Part shown: piece by piece, positions 1 to 14,559 of the stretch
Layout of the letters: each line of letters starts with the position of its first letter
Position numbering within the stretch: position 1 is the first letter of the stretch
Assembly: GCF_009914755.1 (NCBI RefSeq)
Contig: NC_060944.1
Reading direction: 5' to 3' (one strand)
Origin: the human T2T-CHM13v2.0 reference genome, Homo sapiens
DNA length: 64,000 nucleotides
Translations under genes and position numbers: made by a program
The notes under the pieces: generated by a model
Seen by the model: the letters and a program-made list of their open reading frames with translations, nothing else
Database searches by the model: none
Told to the model about the DNA's origin: nothing

Positions 1-192
1 CAACATGGTGAAACCACATCTCTACTAAAAATTCAAAAAAAATTAGCCGGGCTTGGTGGTGCACGCCTGTAATCCCAGCTACTCAGGAGGCTGAGACACG
101 AGAATCACTTAAACCCAGGAGGTGGAGGTGGCAGTGACATTGCACTCCAGCCTCGGCAATAGAGTGAGACTCCATCTCAAAAAAACAAAAAA
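1..192 (+). mobile_element. Alu (AluS-like), cut by window start
   Basis: CAACATGGTGAAACC...CTACTAAAA linker, right arm and A-tail; small internal deletion near 137. Confidence 0.95.
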
Positions 193-239
193 TCTAATGT
201 AGAATTATAATATTAAAAGATTGACATACCTGGAGAATT

Positions 240-1200
<961 letters not shown>

Positions 1201-1501
1201 ATATGCATACACGGCTTTAAAAAAACTTGTTTCTTCAGAATATTTGCATATGGAGATTAGCATATATTATTTACCTTTAATATTATATATTTTGTCCTTG
1301 CTTATTTGATAGATAAAAAATAATTTGTATTTATTTGACTACTAGTAAAATTTAATATTTTTAATACTTGGTTACTAGCCAGTTTATATTTTTCTTTTGT
1401 GATTTGTAAGTTCATAATCTATACCTCATTTTGTATTGGGTTTTCTCCACCCTTCTTATTTATTTATAAGAGCTATTAATATAATACATTATCCTTTTAT
1501 C

Positions 1502-1801
1502 TTTTATTTATTTATTTTTAAGACAGAGCCTCGCTCTGTTGCCCAGGCTGGAATGCAGTGGCACAAACACAGCTCTCTATAGCCTTGACCTCCTGGACTC
1601 AAGCAATCCTCTTGCCTCAGCCTCCCAAGTAGCTGGTACCACAGGCTTGTACCACCATTTCTGGCAAATTATTAAATTTTTATGTAGAGATAGGGACTCA
1701 CCATCTCGCCCAGGCTGGTCTCAAACTCCTCAGCTCAAGCAATCCTCTTGCCTTGACTTCCTAAAGTGCTGAGGTTACAAGCATGAGCCACCATGTCTGG
1801 C
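1502..1801 (-). mobile_element. AluJ-like
   Basis: Antisense Alu with AluJ-type GCCTTGACCTCCTGGACTCAAGCAATCCTC. Confidence 0.93.
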
Positions 1802-1940
1802 TGTTATTTCATGTTTTTTTACAAACATTATTTTCATGTTTCAGATACATTTCAACTTTGTTTATTGCAATTTTTGCTTCTATAATACTGATAGAATCAA
1901 ACTGAAACTTAAGACTATTTTATTTCTCATTTACCCCTAC

Positions 1941-2238
1941 TTTTTTTTTGTTTGTTTTGTTTTTTGAGATGGAGTCTCACTCTGCCGCCCAGGCTGGAGT
2001 GCAGTGACGTGATCTCGGCTCACTGCAAGCTCTGCCTCCTGGGTTCACACCATTCTCCTGCCTCAGCCTCCTGAGTAGCTAGGACTACAGGTGCCCACCA
2101 TCACGTCCGGCTAATGTTTTTATATTTTTAGTAGAGATGGGGTTTCACCATGTTAGCCAGGATGGTCTCGATCTCATGATCCACCCGCCTCAGCCTCCCA
2201 AAGTGCTGGGATTACAGGCATGAGCCACTGTGCCTGGC
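1941..2238 (-). mobile_element. AluY/Sc-like with TSD
   Basis: GCAAGCTCTGCCTCC..TTCACACCATTCTC and TTAGCCAGGATGGTCTCGATCTC diagnostics; TSD TTTACC(C/T)CTACT. Confidence 0.93.
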
Positions 2239-3731
2239 TTTTACCTCTACTTTTATATGAAGAAAATCCATGCTCATGTAATAGCCAAATACAGTCAAAT
2301 TCATTTTTCTCTAGTGTTAATATTTCAGTCAAATTCTAATGCATTAGGAATTTGTTAATATTGCATTTAATATTATTTTTCCCCAATCTTTTTTTATTTG
2401 AAAAATATTATAATCCAGTCAAATAGCAAATAACATAACAAAATGAGAATTTCTTACCAAGGATTAATTCATATTAACATTTTATCATATTGATTTCAGA
2501 TCTTGTGTGTGTGTGATGTTTACTGATAAATTTTGTGTCCTTGTACAGCTTTTGTGGATCAGGGACAAGGGGAGCATGTTGCCGAACAAAAATATATTAA
2601 CATGTTTGGGACTAATGCACACTGATTTTCACAGAAAGTAACTGATTGATTGCAATCAAGTATGGGAGACTAGAGGGTGGCAAGAGTTTTGATAAAATTC
2701 AGTTCAATAAACTTGTGAATTTAAGAGCATAGAGATTCTATTAACGAGAATGAATAGAAGAAGATTTAGACATGGTGATTTAAAGGGGATATCAAGTTAG
2801 TGTTGAAGAGTAACCATCTCAGGAAAACAGTAGGAATTAGAGCCAGTTCTGAGAATATTCTGTGTGAGATCTATGGAAATAAAAAAGCTAGGAAGGGAAA
2901 AGCTTAAAGGAATGTGTGTTGGGAAGTGCTTATAGAAGAGAGCAAGCAAAGTGCCTTCCTGTTGTCGTTTAGACTTTTCCTTAATCTGCATTCCTGCAGT
3001 TAGGTTTACTGAGCTCTATGGCCTGAGTTATTGCTCTTCTATGTAGTTCCAGATTAAGGGTTAAGAATTCTAGTAGAGCAGGAGTATTTCTGGAAAAGAT
3101 GGTTGGGGGGCAAGTATAGGGATGGGGAGAAGCGGAGGGCTTACTCTCCACCTCCCAAAATTTTCATGGAAATGACATTCAGTAAAAGTAAATATCCATA
3201 TAACAATGGTGGTGGAAAGGAAAATGTAGGGGTAGATGGCTTTTGCGGATCAGGAACAAAGGGTATCATAATGCTAAATAAAAATATGTTAACATGTATT
3301 GGACTAAGGCACACTGATTTCCAGATGGTGTTTACATCTGAGGAAGAGGAAATGGGGAAAAGGTGGGGAGGTAGCCTCTTTATAAGAATCTTCAATGTTT
3401 TATTAATTAATATTTCTAAAAGATAACTCTTTTTGAAAAGAGAAAAGATAAAAATATTATCATCCATTAAATGTGGGTAGTGATTAACTTATTATCTCAG
3501 GTTAGGTTCCTTTCTAGTTGAGATTTTTATAATTAAATTTTTAGATAAGAGTCAGAAAATTTAGGATAATAACCTTGGATGACAAAGGAAGAAAGTTTTA
3601 GGATATTTTAAATATTAGTGAAATTCCAAATAAATTTAAGCTGAGAGCTCACTGGTTACCATATATGTTTCTCTTTAACACAAGAAATTGGAAATGCGTT
3701 AGGTCAATTCAACAAGTAACATTTGGAAATA

Positions 3732-4040
3732 GGCCGGGTGCTGTGGCTCACGCCTATAATCCCAGCACTTTGGGAGGCCGAGGCGGGCAGATCACGAGGC
3801 CAGGAGTTCGAGACCAGCCTGGCCAACATGGTGAAACCCCATTTCTACTAAAAATACAAAAATTAGCTGGGCGTGGTGGTGGGCGCCTGTAATACCAGCT
3901 ACTCAGGAGGCTGAGGCAGGACAATTGCTTGAACTTTGGAGGCAGAGGTTGCAGTGAGCAGAGATTGCACCACTGCACTTCAGCCTGGGCGACAGAGCGC
4001 AACTCTATCTCAAAAAAATAAATAAATAAAATTAAAAAAA
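3732..4040 (+). mobile_element. AluS (Sg-like) with TSD TTGGAAATA
   Basis: Full dimer, GATCACGAGG 2-bp deletion diagnostic, A-tail, flanking TTGGAAATA on both sides. Confidence 0.95.
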
Positions 4041-5419
4041 ATTGGAAATAACATATTTGCTATTAATATCTTAAAGGAGGTATTTGTGTTGAATTCTTTG
4101 TCTTAGTCATTATCATTGCTTTTAAAAAAAATGTTAGAATTCCTTTTTCTCAAAATTCTGAATGTGCTGTGTTTAACAGCGTAGTTACAGTTCTGAAAGG
4201 GTAGTAGATTTCTCCCCTTGTCTATTTGTTTGCAGCAGGTCATGAACTCAGACCTTTTCTCTTCAGTGCTTTGCTTCTGAACTACTTATTCTGATACCCT
4301 CCTCACCTGAGGAAACAGAGCCTAAGAAGGTTCTCCTTATATGGATTCAGGTAGATGAGTTTCCATAAAAAAAAAAAAAATGACATCAAGCATTGATCTG
4401 CCTGAATAAAGCAATTCTACCAGTTATATGGCATTTGGTGCTTCCTGTGAATTGATACAAACTTCATTAAAGAAAATGACAGATGGCATATGGCTGCAGG
4501 CAAAATGCCAGTCCACATGATGAATCCTACCATACTCTAGTCCAGTATAAACAATGTTTTTAATCACCTTCAAAAAAACTGTTGCATTAATTTGTCTACA
4601 GTAACCAGGTAATTATAAATGTGTAGCTAGTTCCTTATTATCTTAAAAAAATAAAAATAAAAGTTAGCAACTAATAGGCCTTTAGCTTGAGTTTATATTA
4701 TAGATGGCCAAAGGAGATTTTATGGCTCAAAATGGACATGGTGAGGTCTGCATGTGAACGATGTTACAGTAGACTAACCACAGAGCCTGGAGTTCCTGCA
4801 CTTTTCTTGATTTGTTTGGAATATTACTTTGAGAATTGGAAGGCCTGGGGTACGAAAAATGATTATAAGATTTTTCTTTGTTTGACAAGATAAGCAGGTC
4901 TGTGTGAGGCAGATACTTTCTATGGACTGACTGCAGACAGGTTTCAGTCACAGACTCATGTTTTATGGCATTCTCTTTGAAGGTGGGTGTCTAATGTAAC
5001 TGAATTTTAGGGGGATAATTACAGTCTTATCAAATTCTGAGATGAACTTCATCACTTATTTAAAAAAAATTTCCTGTCAATTAGTTCTTATAATAATATG
5101 CTTTTCTGGTCAATTTTACATGCAGAATTTGGTGAAATAAAGAAACATAAATAGATAAAAAATAAATACTTTAATGATGCCCAAATAAAATTTAGATGTG
5201 TAAGGACTAAAAATGATTTTTAAAATAGTTGTATAATAGAACTACATCTTAGTTTCAGCACATGGAATTTATATAGTTCATTTTAGTTAGTGCTTCATTT
5301 CAGGCTGCTTTTTTTCAAACAACAGAAATTGACTTTGGCTCATTTAAATGGAAGAATGTTTTAGAAAGATATTCACTGATGGGGCAGAAAGGCAGAAGAA
5401 CCAAGCATGAATCAGGTTC

Positions 5420-5773
5420 CATAAAGTTTCAAGCTGCTGTAACAGAATACCATAGACTAGGTGGCATATAAAAAACAAATTTATTTCCCACCATTCTGGA
5501 GGCTGGGAAGTCCAAGAACAAGGTGCTGACATATTTAGTGTCAGTGAGGGTGCTCTTCTTCATAGATGGCCGTCTTCTCATTGTACCCTCACATGCCCAA
5601 AGTGGCCAACACCTCTCTTAAGCTTCTTTTTAAAGGCACTAATCCCTTTCATGAGAAGTCTGCCCTCATGAACCAATCATCTCCCAGAGACCATACCTCT
5701 TAATACCATCATCTTGGGAGGTAGGATTTCAACATATGAATTTTGAGGGGAAACAAACATTCAACTCATAGCA
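5420..5773 (-). mobile_element. MLT1A/MLT1A0 solo LTR
   Basis: GCTGCTGTAACAGAATACCATAGACTAGGTGG..TTCTGGAGGCTGGGAAGTCCAAG..AAACATTCAACTCATAGCA. Confidence 0.85.
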
Positions 5774-5804
5774 GATAACAAGGCAGTAAAACAATTAGCC
5801 AACA

Positions 5805-6341
5805 CTTTATAAAAATCTTCAATGTTTTATTAATTAATATTTTTAAAAGATAACTCTTTTTGAAAAGAGAAAAGATAAAAATATTATCATCCATTAAATG
5901 TGGGTAGTGATTAACTTATTACCTCAGGTTAGGTTCCTTTCTAGTTGAGATTTTTATAATTAAACAAATTTCTAGATAAGAGTCAGAAAATTTAGGATAA
6001 TAACCTTGGATGACAAAGGAAGAAAGTTTTAGGATATTTTAAATATTAGTGAAATTCCAAATAAATTTAAGCTTAGAGCTCACTGGTTACCATATATGTT
6101 TCTCTTTAACACAAGAAATTGGAAAAAATGAGTTAGGTCAATTCAACTAATAACATTTGGAAATAGGCCAGGTGCTGTGGCTCACGCGTATAATCCCAGC
6201 ACTTTGGGAGGCCGAGGCAGGCAGATCACGAGGCCAGGAGTTCGAGACCAGCCTGGCCAACATGGTGAAACCCCGTCTCTACAAAAATTACAAAATTATG
6301 AAAATTAAAAAATTTCAAAAAAATACAAAAATTAGCTGGGC
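5805..6341 (+). repeat. Direct duplicate of 3378-3872 (unique flank plus Alu left arm 6166-6341)
   Basis: Near-identical text from CTTTATAA.AATCTTCAATG to AATTAGCTGGGC at both loci. Confidence 0.97.
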
Positions 6342-6999
6342 TATAGTCTGGGTAGGGCATTTGGTACTGGTCCCAACTCCACTGGGCACTCTTGCCTGTG
6401 CTGGAATTATCCTACTGCCACAGATAATGTCTCAACTGTCCTCACATCTTTGTACCATTCTCCAGAGATTCAACGTTCTAAGCAGAAACCTTTAGCTGGC
6501 TGAGTTTAGGTGATGTACCAGTTCTCTAACTGCCTAATCCATTGGCTTCTGAATGAGAGGTGAGGCCCTCCCTCCCAACAAATAGGAAGTAGTATCATTG
6601 TTGGACAACCAAAGGCAACGACCAGATGGGAACTAATAAAGCTGTATGACACTAAAAATTCTTCATTAAATCATGCCTTTTTTTCTAGTATTTTTCTCTT
6701 TGTTTTTGATAGCCAAAAACATATGTAGCAAATAATGCCATTGTCAACATGACTAACTCCAACACTTAGTTATAGTTGTTACTTTTCAGCCCATGGTGTT
6801 TTCTGCTGTGACAAAGGCAGAGTTGTTGTTCCTGAACTGCACATCTGCCTCCTTTTCTTGTACACACTTCTGATATTTTCAAGTTTAGGAGAAAGCAGGC
6901 ATTTGCCTTACGTCTCAACTCATATTTTAAAATCAGTGTCACTTTCCTCTGCTTATTTTGCTATGCTTTTTTAGTGAATAAATATTTACCGAAGACTTC

Positions 7000-7455
7000 T
7001 GCATTAGTTTGCCCGGGCTGCCATAACAAAGCACCACACACTGAGTGGATTAAACATCAGAAATATAGCGTCTCACAGTTCTGAAGGGTAGAGGCCTGAG
7101 ATCAAGGTGCTGGGTTTGCTTTTTTCTGTGGGCCGTAAGGAAGAATTTGTTCCATAGCTATCCCCTACCTTTTGGTGGGTTTCTGGCAACTTTGGCATTG
7201 CTTGGTTTGTAGAAGCATCACTCTGATCACTGCTTTCATCCTCACATGGGGGTCTCTTTGTATGTGCCTCTGTGTCCAAAATCTGCCTTTTTTAGAATGG
7301 CATCAGTCATATTGGACTAGGGTTTGCCCTAATGACCTCTGTTAACTTGATTACTTCTGTAAAGATCATATCTCCAAACAAGGTCACATTCTGAAGTACT
7401 GGTGTTGGAGTTTCAACATATCTTTTTTAGGGGGAACACGATTCAACCCATAGCA
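7000..7455 (-). mobile_element. MLT1C solo LTR
   Basis: TG...CA ends, GCTGCCATAACAAAGCACCACA, TCTCCAAACAAGGTCACATTCTGA; near-TSD ACTTC/GCTTC. Confidence 0.85.
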
Positions 7456-7669
7456 GCTTCTTAAAAGGCAACCTCTTTAATGTGAAGAATTTGAAATATT
7501 GACTCATTTCTGGAAGAAACAAAAACAATAACAACAACAAACCAAACTTTAAGAGTAAGGAATATCTAACTGGGCAGTGTTGGTTGTCAAATGAGTATTA
7601 TACACATAACTAAATTTCAGGGCTCAAATTGACATGATTTCTTTGAGGAAACTTAAGGAATTACTAAAT

Positions 7670-8600
7670 AACTTTTATCAGTTTGAAGAGGTTCTCTTCT
7701 ATTCCTAAAAATATTCCTGGTTGAATATTTTCATTATGAAAGGCTGCTGTATTTTGTCAAATACTTTTTCTGCATCTATTGAGATGAGCATATGGTTTAT
7801 ATCTTTGATTCTTTTAATAATATATATTACATGATTACTTTTCATATGTTGAACCAACTTTGAATTTCTGGAATAGCTCCCACTTGGTCATGATTATAAT
7901 TCTTTTTAAAAGCTGCTGGGTTTGGTTTACTAGGAAATTGGTGGAAGATCTTTTCACCTATATTCATAGGGGATATTAGCCTGTAATTTTCTTTTCTTCT
8001 GAAATTTTTGTCTAGTTTTAGTATCCGAATAATACTGGCTTCATAGAATGAGCTCGGAAGTGTTTCTTCGTACTCTTTATTAGAAGAATGTGAGGATTAG
8101 TTGCAATTCTTCAAAGTATTTAATAGTAGAATTCACCAGTAGAAACCATTTAGGTCTGGGCTTTTCTTTGCAGGAAATATTTTTATTACAAGTCAATCTC
8201 TTTGCTTGTTACAGTTTTATTTAGACTTTCTGTTTCTTCTTGAGTGAGTTCAGTAGTTTGCGTCTTTCTGAGATATTTTTTTAATTACTTCTTGCTTATC
8301 TAATTTATTGGTCTACAATTAGTTATAGTATTCTTGTAAAATCTTTTTTGTTTCTGCGAGGTCAGTAGTAATGTCCCCTCTTTAATTATGATTTTAGTAA
8401 TTGAGCCCTTTTTTTTTCTTTGCCAGTCAGCTAAAGGTTTGTCAATTTTGTTGGTCCTTTCAAATAACCCATGTTTGGTTTCATTGGTTTTCTCTTTTGT
8501 TATTCTATTCTCTATTTCATTTGTTTCTGCTTAAGTTTTTATTATTTCTCTTATTTTGCTTGCTTTGCATTTATGTTGCTCTTTTTCTGGTTTCTTTCAG
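7670..8600 (-). mobile_element. L1 ORF2 fragment (old L1M)
   Basis: TTTTCTGCATCTATTGAGATG, TGTTGAACCAAC, CCCACTTGGTCATG, TCATAGAATGAG, TAGAATTCACCAGT: antisense RT region. Confidence 0.88.
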
Positions 8601-10707
8601 ATTTTCTTTGTGGATGTGCTCTGAAATACTAGAAAATTGAAACCAATTCTATTTCCCTTCAGCAAAGCATTAATTATTGTGAAATACTAATGTAAAGTCA
8701 ATGTAATAGCAACTATTTATTTAAATGAGTAGATATACTGCAAGAAAACATTTTACTGCATATATGAACATAACCAAAGGGCATCTTTAAAGACAGAAAC
8801 TTTAAATGCCAAATGCATTTTTCATATTTTGAGTTTCATTTCAAGACATCTGATGGAAGATAGTATTATTCTATAATAAAATATTTTAACTTTTACTTAT
8901 AGTAGATGCAGTAAACACTATTGCAGCTTTAAAAATACTTATTATAGTACTTAGCATTAGACAAATTGTTTGAAGTTTTAAAAAAATCTTTACAAATTAA
9001 AAGCTATAGAGTGCCTATAATCCTTTAATTCAAAACAGTTGTTTTCATTTTCCAATAAATTGGTAAAAGGAAACTTAATGACATTGTCTTTCCACTAAAC
9101 ATCCTAGCTGTTTTCAAGAAAACAGAATTAACAAGAAACTTAAAAAATAATATTGTAAAGCAGACAGTATTCTAAGTCATTACAGTTAATACAACAACAA
9201 AAATTCAGTGTGAAACTCTTGAAACGAACTTTAGGATATATTCGGTTAAATTATGGTCTACTATTTGTAATTTCATGAATTTTTTTCCAAGTATTGGAAA
9301 TGATCTAAATGGCTGTGTTTGTGTCACAATAATGTTCAGGTTACAATATGCTGTATATTTAAAATTACCTTTGCATTTTAAAAATAACTATTTAAAACAC
9401 TGCCAAAATCGGCATCATAATTATTTTGGAAGACTTAAAATAAATACACCAAAAACAAAACCAGAATTTGCATCTAATTGCCTGGAATAGTTTCTCTAGC
9501 CTCATTTGCCAGACAGAGGAATGAGTATCTTGAAAATCTAAGGTTCTTTAGGGCTATAGGATTGTATGCCTATCAGCTTGGATTGCTTTTTGCTTTATTT
9601 GACTGTGGCCAAAGGTGGAAAAGGCCTTCTTAGATATTCTTACTAGGAAATGTAATCTTGAAGTCTATGTCAAAGCTTTCACACAAAATTGGTGTAAAAT
9701 TTATACAGTGGAACTTACTCTAAGCAGTCAATAATAGCTATATTTCTGAAAAGATGATTTTAAAGCCAACTGCAATAAATGGAATAACTAACATTTACAT
9801 GTGCTAAATCTTCTAATTTATTGGAAATATTGAAGGGCCATTAAATTTAAAAATGCTTTTGTAAATGCAAAACATTAACCTCTAATTTAATCCTTGTAGG
9901 AATACAATTTTTTTAAAATCAAATTTTCCTGAAGCAGCCATAGCTGAATTAGTTGTTTTACTTTTCAAAATTCGCGGTGAAGGGTTACATTTAAAGCAGA
10001 GAGGAGCCCCCTTTTTCCTCTTCATTTATTCTAAGTAGTACCTGAAAGCAAAAGTTGGCAGGCCGCAGGCAGAGAATAGGTCAGCCACATTGTTCCTTGC
10101 CTTGCTGATGCAAAAGAGAGAACATTTCAAAGTAAAACAAGGATTGGCATCAGAGAAATTGAGTTCTGTGCTCTTTTAAAATAATCTTCCTGAGGCATTC
10201 TTTCAGAAAACTAGCATTTACCCTCCCCATACCACACGAGTGAAAAAGTGACCTTTTTCAGAGAGCTCAAAGTCAAATTAGTTCTGTAAGTCAGTCTAGG
10301 GGGAAGTGAGAGCCAATTTGTGGTCAGGGTTGCCAAAGAGCCAATGTCCAAGAAAAGAAGAGAGGCAGGGTGGTCAGGACGTGCTGAGAAAGACTGAAAA
10401 AAATAGGGACCTTGCAGCTGTTGAGGCCATAGTAGTGACTCTAGGGAACATGTAGTCTAAAAAGCCTATCTAAAAGCAAAGTTCAGCCTTGAGAGCAAGA
10501 GCTGGGAAGGACTCAAGGAATGCCATGAACTCCACATGAGGGAAACAGATCACAATACATAAATGTAAGTTCAAAGGCAGAAGAAGAGAAAGAGTTATGA
10601 GAGGTAAATGGAGAGGGTACCATGTAGGAAGTCACAGAGAAGCAGTAATACAAGGAAAGATTATAGGTCACTTTTTTGCTCTTCTGTGAGCAAAACCCAT
10701 GTAGTAA

Positions 10708-11073
<366 letters not shown>

Positions 11074-11359
11074 TGACTTATTTGAAGAAGACAGGAACAG
11101 ACAACAGATGATCATATCAAAGACCAAAAACAACCTAACATGACAGTTAACCTTGGCTGCAGAATTCTTATTAATTCCTAATGAGAGTAGACTGATGATA
11201 ACACAATTATGCCTGAAATTAATTTGAATACATAATTTAATGTATTTATAGTTTATCAGCACTATAATTTTGTTAGTTTTAAATTTTTATTTAAAAATTA
11301 TTTAGATAATATCAGGAGTAAAAATTGCTGAACCTGGGAGCACTTAGAATTTTGACAGG

Positions 11360-11770
11360 TTGCAGTATTCATTAGAATACTGTTAGATGCTGTGACAAAT
11401 AATCCCCACATTTCAGCAGCTTAATACAGTAAAGGCTTCTTAACAGACTAGCGTAGGTAACTGTTCCCGGCCAGTAAGAGTGGGCAGATCTGCTGCATGT
11501 GGTCATTTAGGAATACAGGCTGATGGAGGCTTTCCCACTATCAGTGTATGACTTCTGTTATTATTCTGGGCACTGATGTTCATCTCACTGAAGGGGTTAA
11601 AGAATGAAGAAGCGTGCATGAAAGGTTTTTTTATTTTTCTTCACATTCTCTCGCTGAGAATGTAACCACAGGGCTACAGTAAACTGCAGGGCAGACTAGA
11701 AAGTATAGTCCAACTGAGTGCCCAGAAAGAAGGGAAATAGAGATTTTAGTGAACACTAAGAAGTTTCTGC
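11360..11770 (-). mobile_element. Old MLT1 (J/K-like) LTR
   Basis: GCTGTGACAAATAATCCCCACATTTCAGCAGCTTAA ... CCCAGAAAGAAGGGAAATAGAGATTTTAGTGAACACTA. Confidence 0.6.
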
Positions 11771-12324
11771 CTGGTACACATAATCACTGGACTCATGGGA
11801 GGGACTGTGATACCATGTCTACATCTACCAAAGACTTTAAACATACTGGGATCTTAGTAGGCTCCTGAATGGGTTACAAAGTTGGTTCTTGGATATAGTT
11901 AGTATGAATTTGTAGAACTAGCAACAGTGGAATGCTGTTGGATAGTCAAATTTTCCTAAGGCATAGATTTATTCTAAATTTTACTTGTATTCTAATCTCT
12001 GGGGTTTATGTGACTCATTCACATAAAAATAGAAAAATCAGTGTATATCTGATAATTGGCAGTATTCACTGATTTTATCCATATAAAATATCTTTTATGA
12101 TAGAACTAAAGATGTGACATGTCTTTGACAAATCACTGTGCCTAATTAGAATATTATGTTTCAAATATAACTTAAAAATATATAGGTGGGTACATATATG
12201 CGTTATGCATATATGTACATTAGTGTGTATACATGTCTGTGTACCAATGTATATAACTAAAAAAATTTCTGTGCAGGAGTTGAACTACAACAGTGGAGAT
12301 AAACTCATAATTTGTTTGCTATAT

Positions 12325-12545
12325 CATGGACTTTGGAATCATCTGTTTTCAGATTTTAGTAATGCTATTTAATACCGCATAACCCTTAAGCAAATTACTC
12401 AACCTCATTAAGCCTCAGTTATTTCATGTATACAATATGAATAACAATAGCTATTTATCAAACTGGATTATTATAAGTAATAAAATGAGATTATGTATGT
12501 AACACACTTCTTACAGAATCTGGCACATAGTAAATGCTCAATGGC
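12325..12545 (+). mobile_element. MIR
   Basis: AAGCAAATTACTCAACCTC..AGCCTCAGTT..TGGCACATAGTAAATGCTCAAT. Confidence 0.8.
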
Positions 12546-12674
12546 ATATATTATGCATATTATATGTATAGTAGGAAGCTTGACGTGGCCTCCAGGGCCC
12601 CTGTAACACACAAACCGATGGTGCAGATAGACACGAAAATAGATAGGAAATAGCTGGCTGCTGAGATTTAATAG

Positions 12675-13170
12675 CTTCATTTATTCGTTCCTTTGTTCCT
12701 AGCAGTAAATACTGCTCGGCCCTTAATATGTACAAGCTCTGAGTGATGGTGGGCACAAAAATTACTAAAGCAGCTTTATTGTTGTTAAAGAGTTTGCCAC
12801 CTGATTATGAGAACTCTAGCAGTCATGATACAAGGTGACATTTACACAAGAGAAATACCACAGAGTGATATATGGCTTGGAAATAAGGAAAATTATTTCT
12901 TGGAAGGGAGAGATTTGAAGAAAATGTTGTGGACATTTAGAATTCTGAGTCTTAAACTGGCTCTTAAATCCAGAATTTCAAGAAATGGATAGAGGAAAGA
13001 GAGACATTCAATTCAGAAAGAATAGCATGAGCTGGGAATCAGGGAAAAGCACAGAATATTTTTAGGCAAATTGAAAAATAAGCAAAGGGATTACTATGAA
13101 GTCAAACTGCAAAGTCAAGCCATTGATGTCATACTAAAGAGTTGGACTTCATTCTGTAAACAAGGAGAAG
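12675..13170 (-). mobile_element. L2 fragment
   Basis: TTCATTTATTCGTTC..AGTAAATACTG 3' tail; TAAAGAGTTGGACTTCATTCTGTA. Confidence 0.55.
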
Positions 13171-13932
13171 GAAAGGCAAGGTGAGAAATAAGAGTGAGGA
13201 AGGCAAGTTCTGAGCAGCAGAATGACATCTATGCCCTTGAACATTTTACTTGGCCTTTTTCTCCATTCATTTTCCTCCCCTACACAGCAAATGGATGGAA
13301 CTAAGATCCCTTCCTGCCCTCACAGTCTGGGAGACCACTACATCCTCCAGAGTCACTGTCATTCTCCGTCTGCTGGAACATCCCGATTCTCATTGGTGTA
13401 ACCTCTCCAATGCTATTTACCTAGGCTCTACCCAGTACTGTTGTCATATCCTTTAGACTCTACATTTTTCTTCTCTGTGGGCCTGCTTTTCATCCTCTGC
13501 AATAGGAACATGAGCTGTATCTCATTCATTCATAGAGAGGTGTCTTCCAAGCCCAGATCTCCAGCTCCTGAACCACTCCATCAGCTATGGTGAGATTCTT
13601 TCCTGGACCTCTTCCAGCCTTCACCTCAATTAGCTGGGCATGGGCAGCTAATTCATTCTTGCACTTTCTCCATATTATTGCTTCTCTCCTAGGTTTTTTA
13701 TTGTGGTTTTGTTTTTGTTTTTTGTTCTTTGACTTGGTACTTCCACTGTTCTGGAAGAATGCAAGCAGAAATATCAAAGAGGAACAAATAAGAAAGAATT
13801 ACTGGGGAAAAGTGATGCCTTTATAAGAGTAAAACGTTATTCTTCACTATAAAGTATAATAAGAGGGAAATTTTCTTCTTTTACTTGTTAGAATTATAAA
13901 GATAGTTATATATGTACTTTTTTCAAAAATCA

Positions 13933-14277
<345 letters not shown>

Positions 14278-14559
14278 CTAATAGCTTGCTTCTCTTTTTG
14301 TGAACAGGATTTAGCACAGATATCAGCCAGTATACTAAGACAATTAAATTTTTTTTCAGAGTAAATAAATATCGAATATACCAAAATATCATTCAGTAAT
14401 GCGATTCTGAAACTAACGTCACAAATTAGGTTCAATAAAAGAATAGGATCTTTTTGTCTCCAAGTATAACATGTTATTTCTTTCGTAAGTCTTCTCAGGA
14501 CTTAAAACTGCTTCTTTGAAGTATTCTTTAAAGCTTTCAGCCTCTCTTGTCTTGTCATG

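Larger units (their letters stand above)
5285..6620 (-). mobile_element. Old MLT1-type (ERVL-MaLR) LTR, split by MLT1A and by a local duplication
   Basis: CAACAGAAATTGACTTTGGCTCATTTAAA.. start and ..GCTGGCTGAGTTTAGGTGATGTACC.. distal part resemble MLT1J/K/L-type LTRs. Confidence 0.5.
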
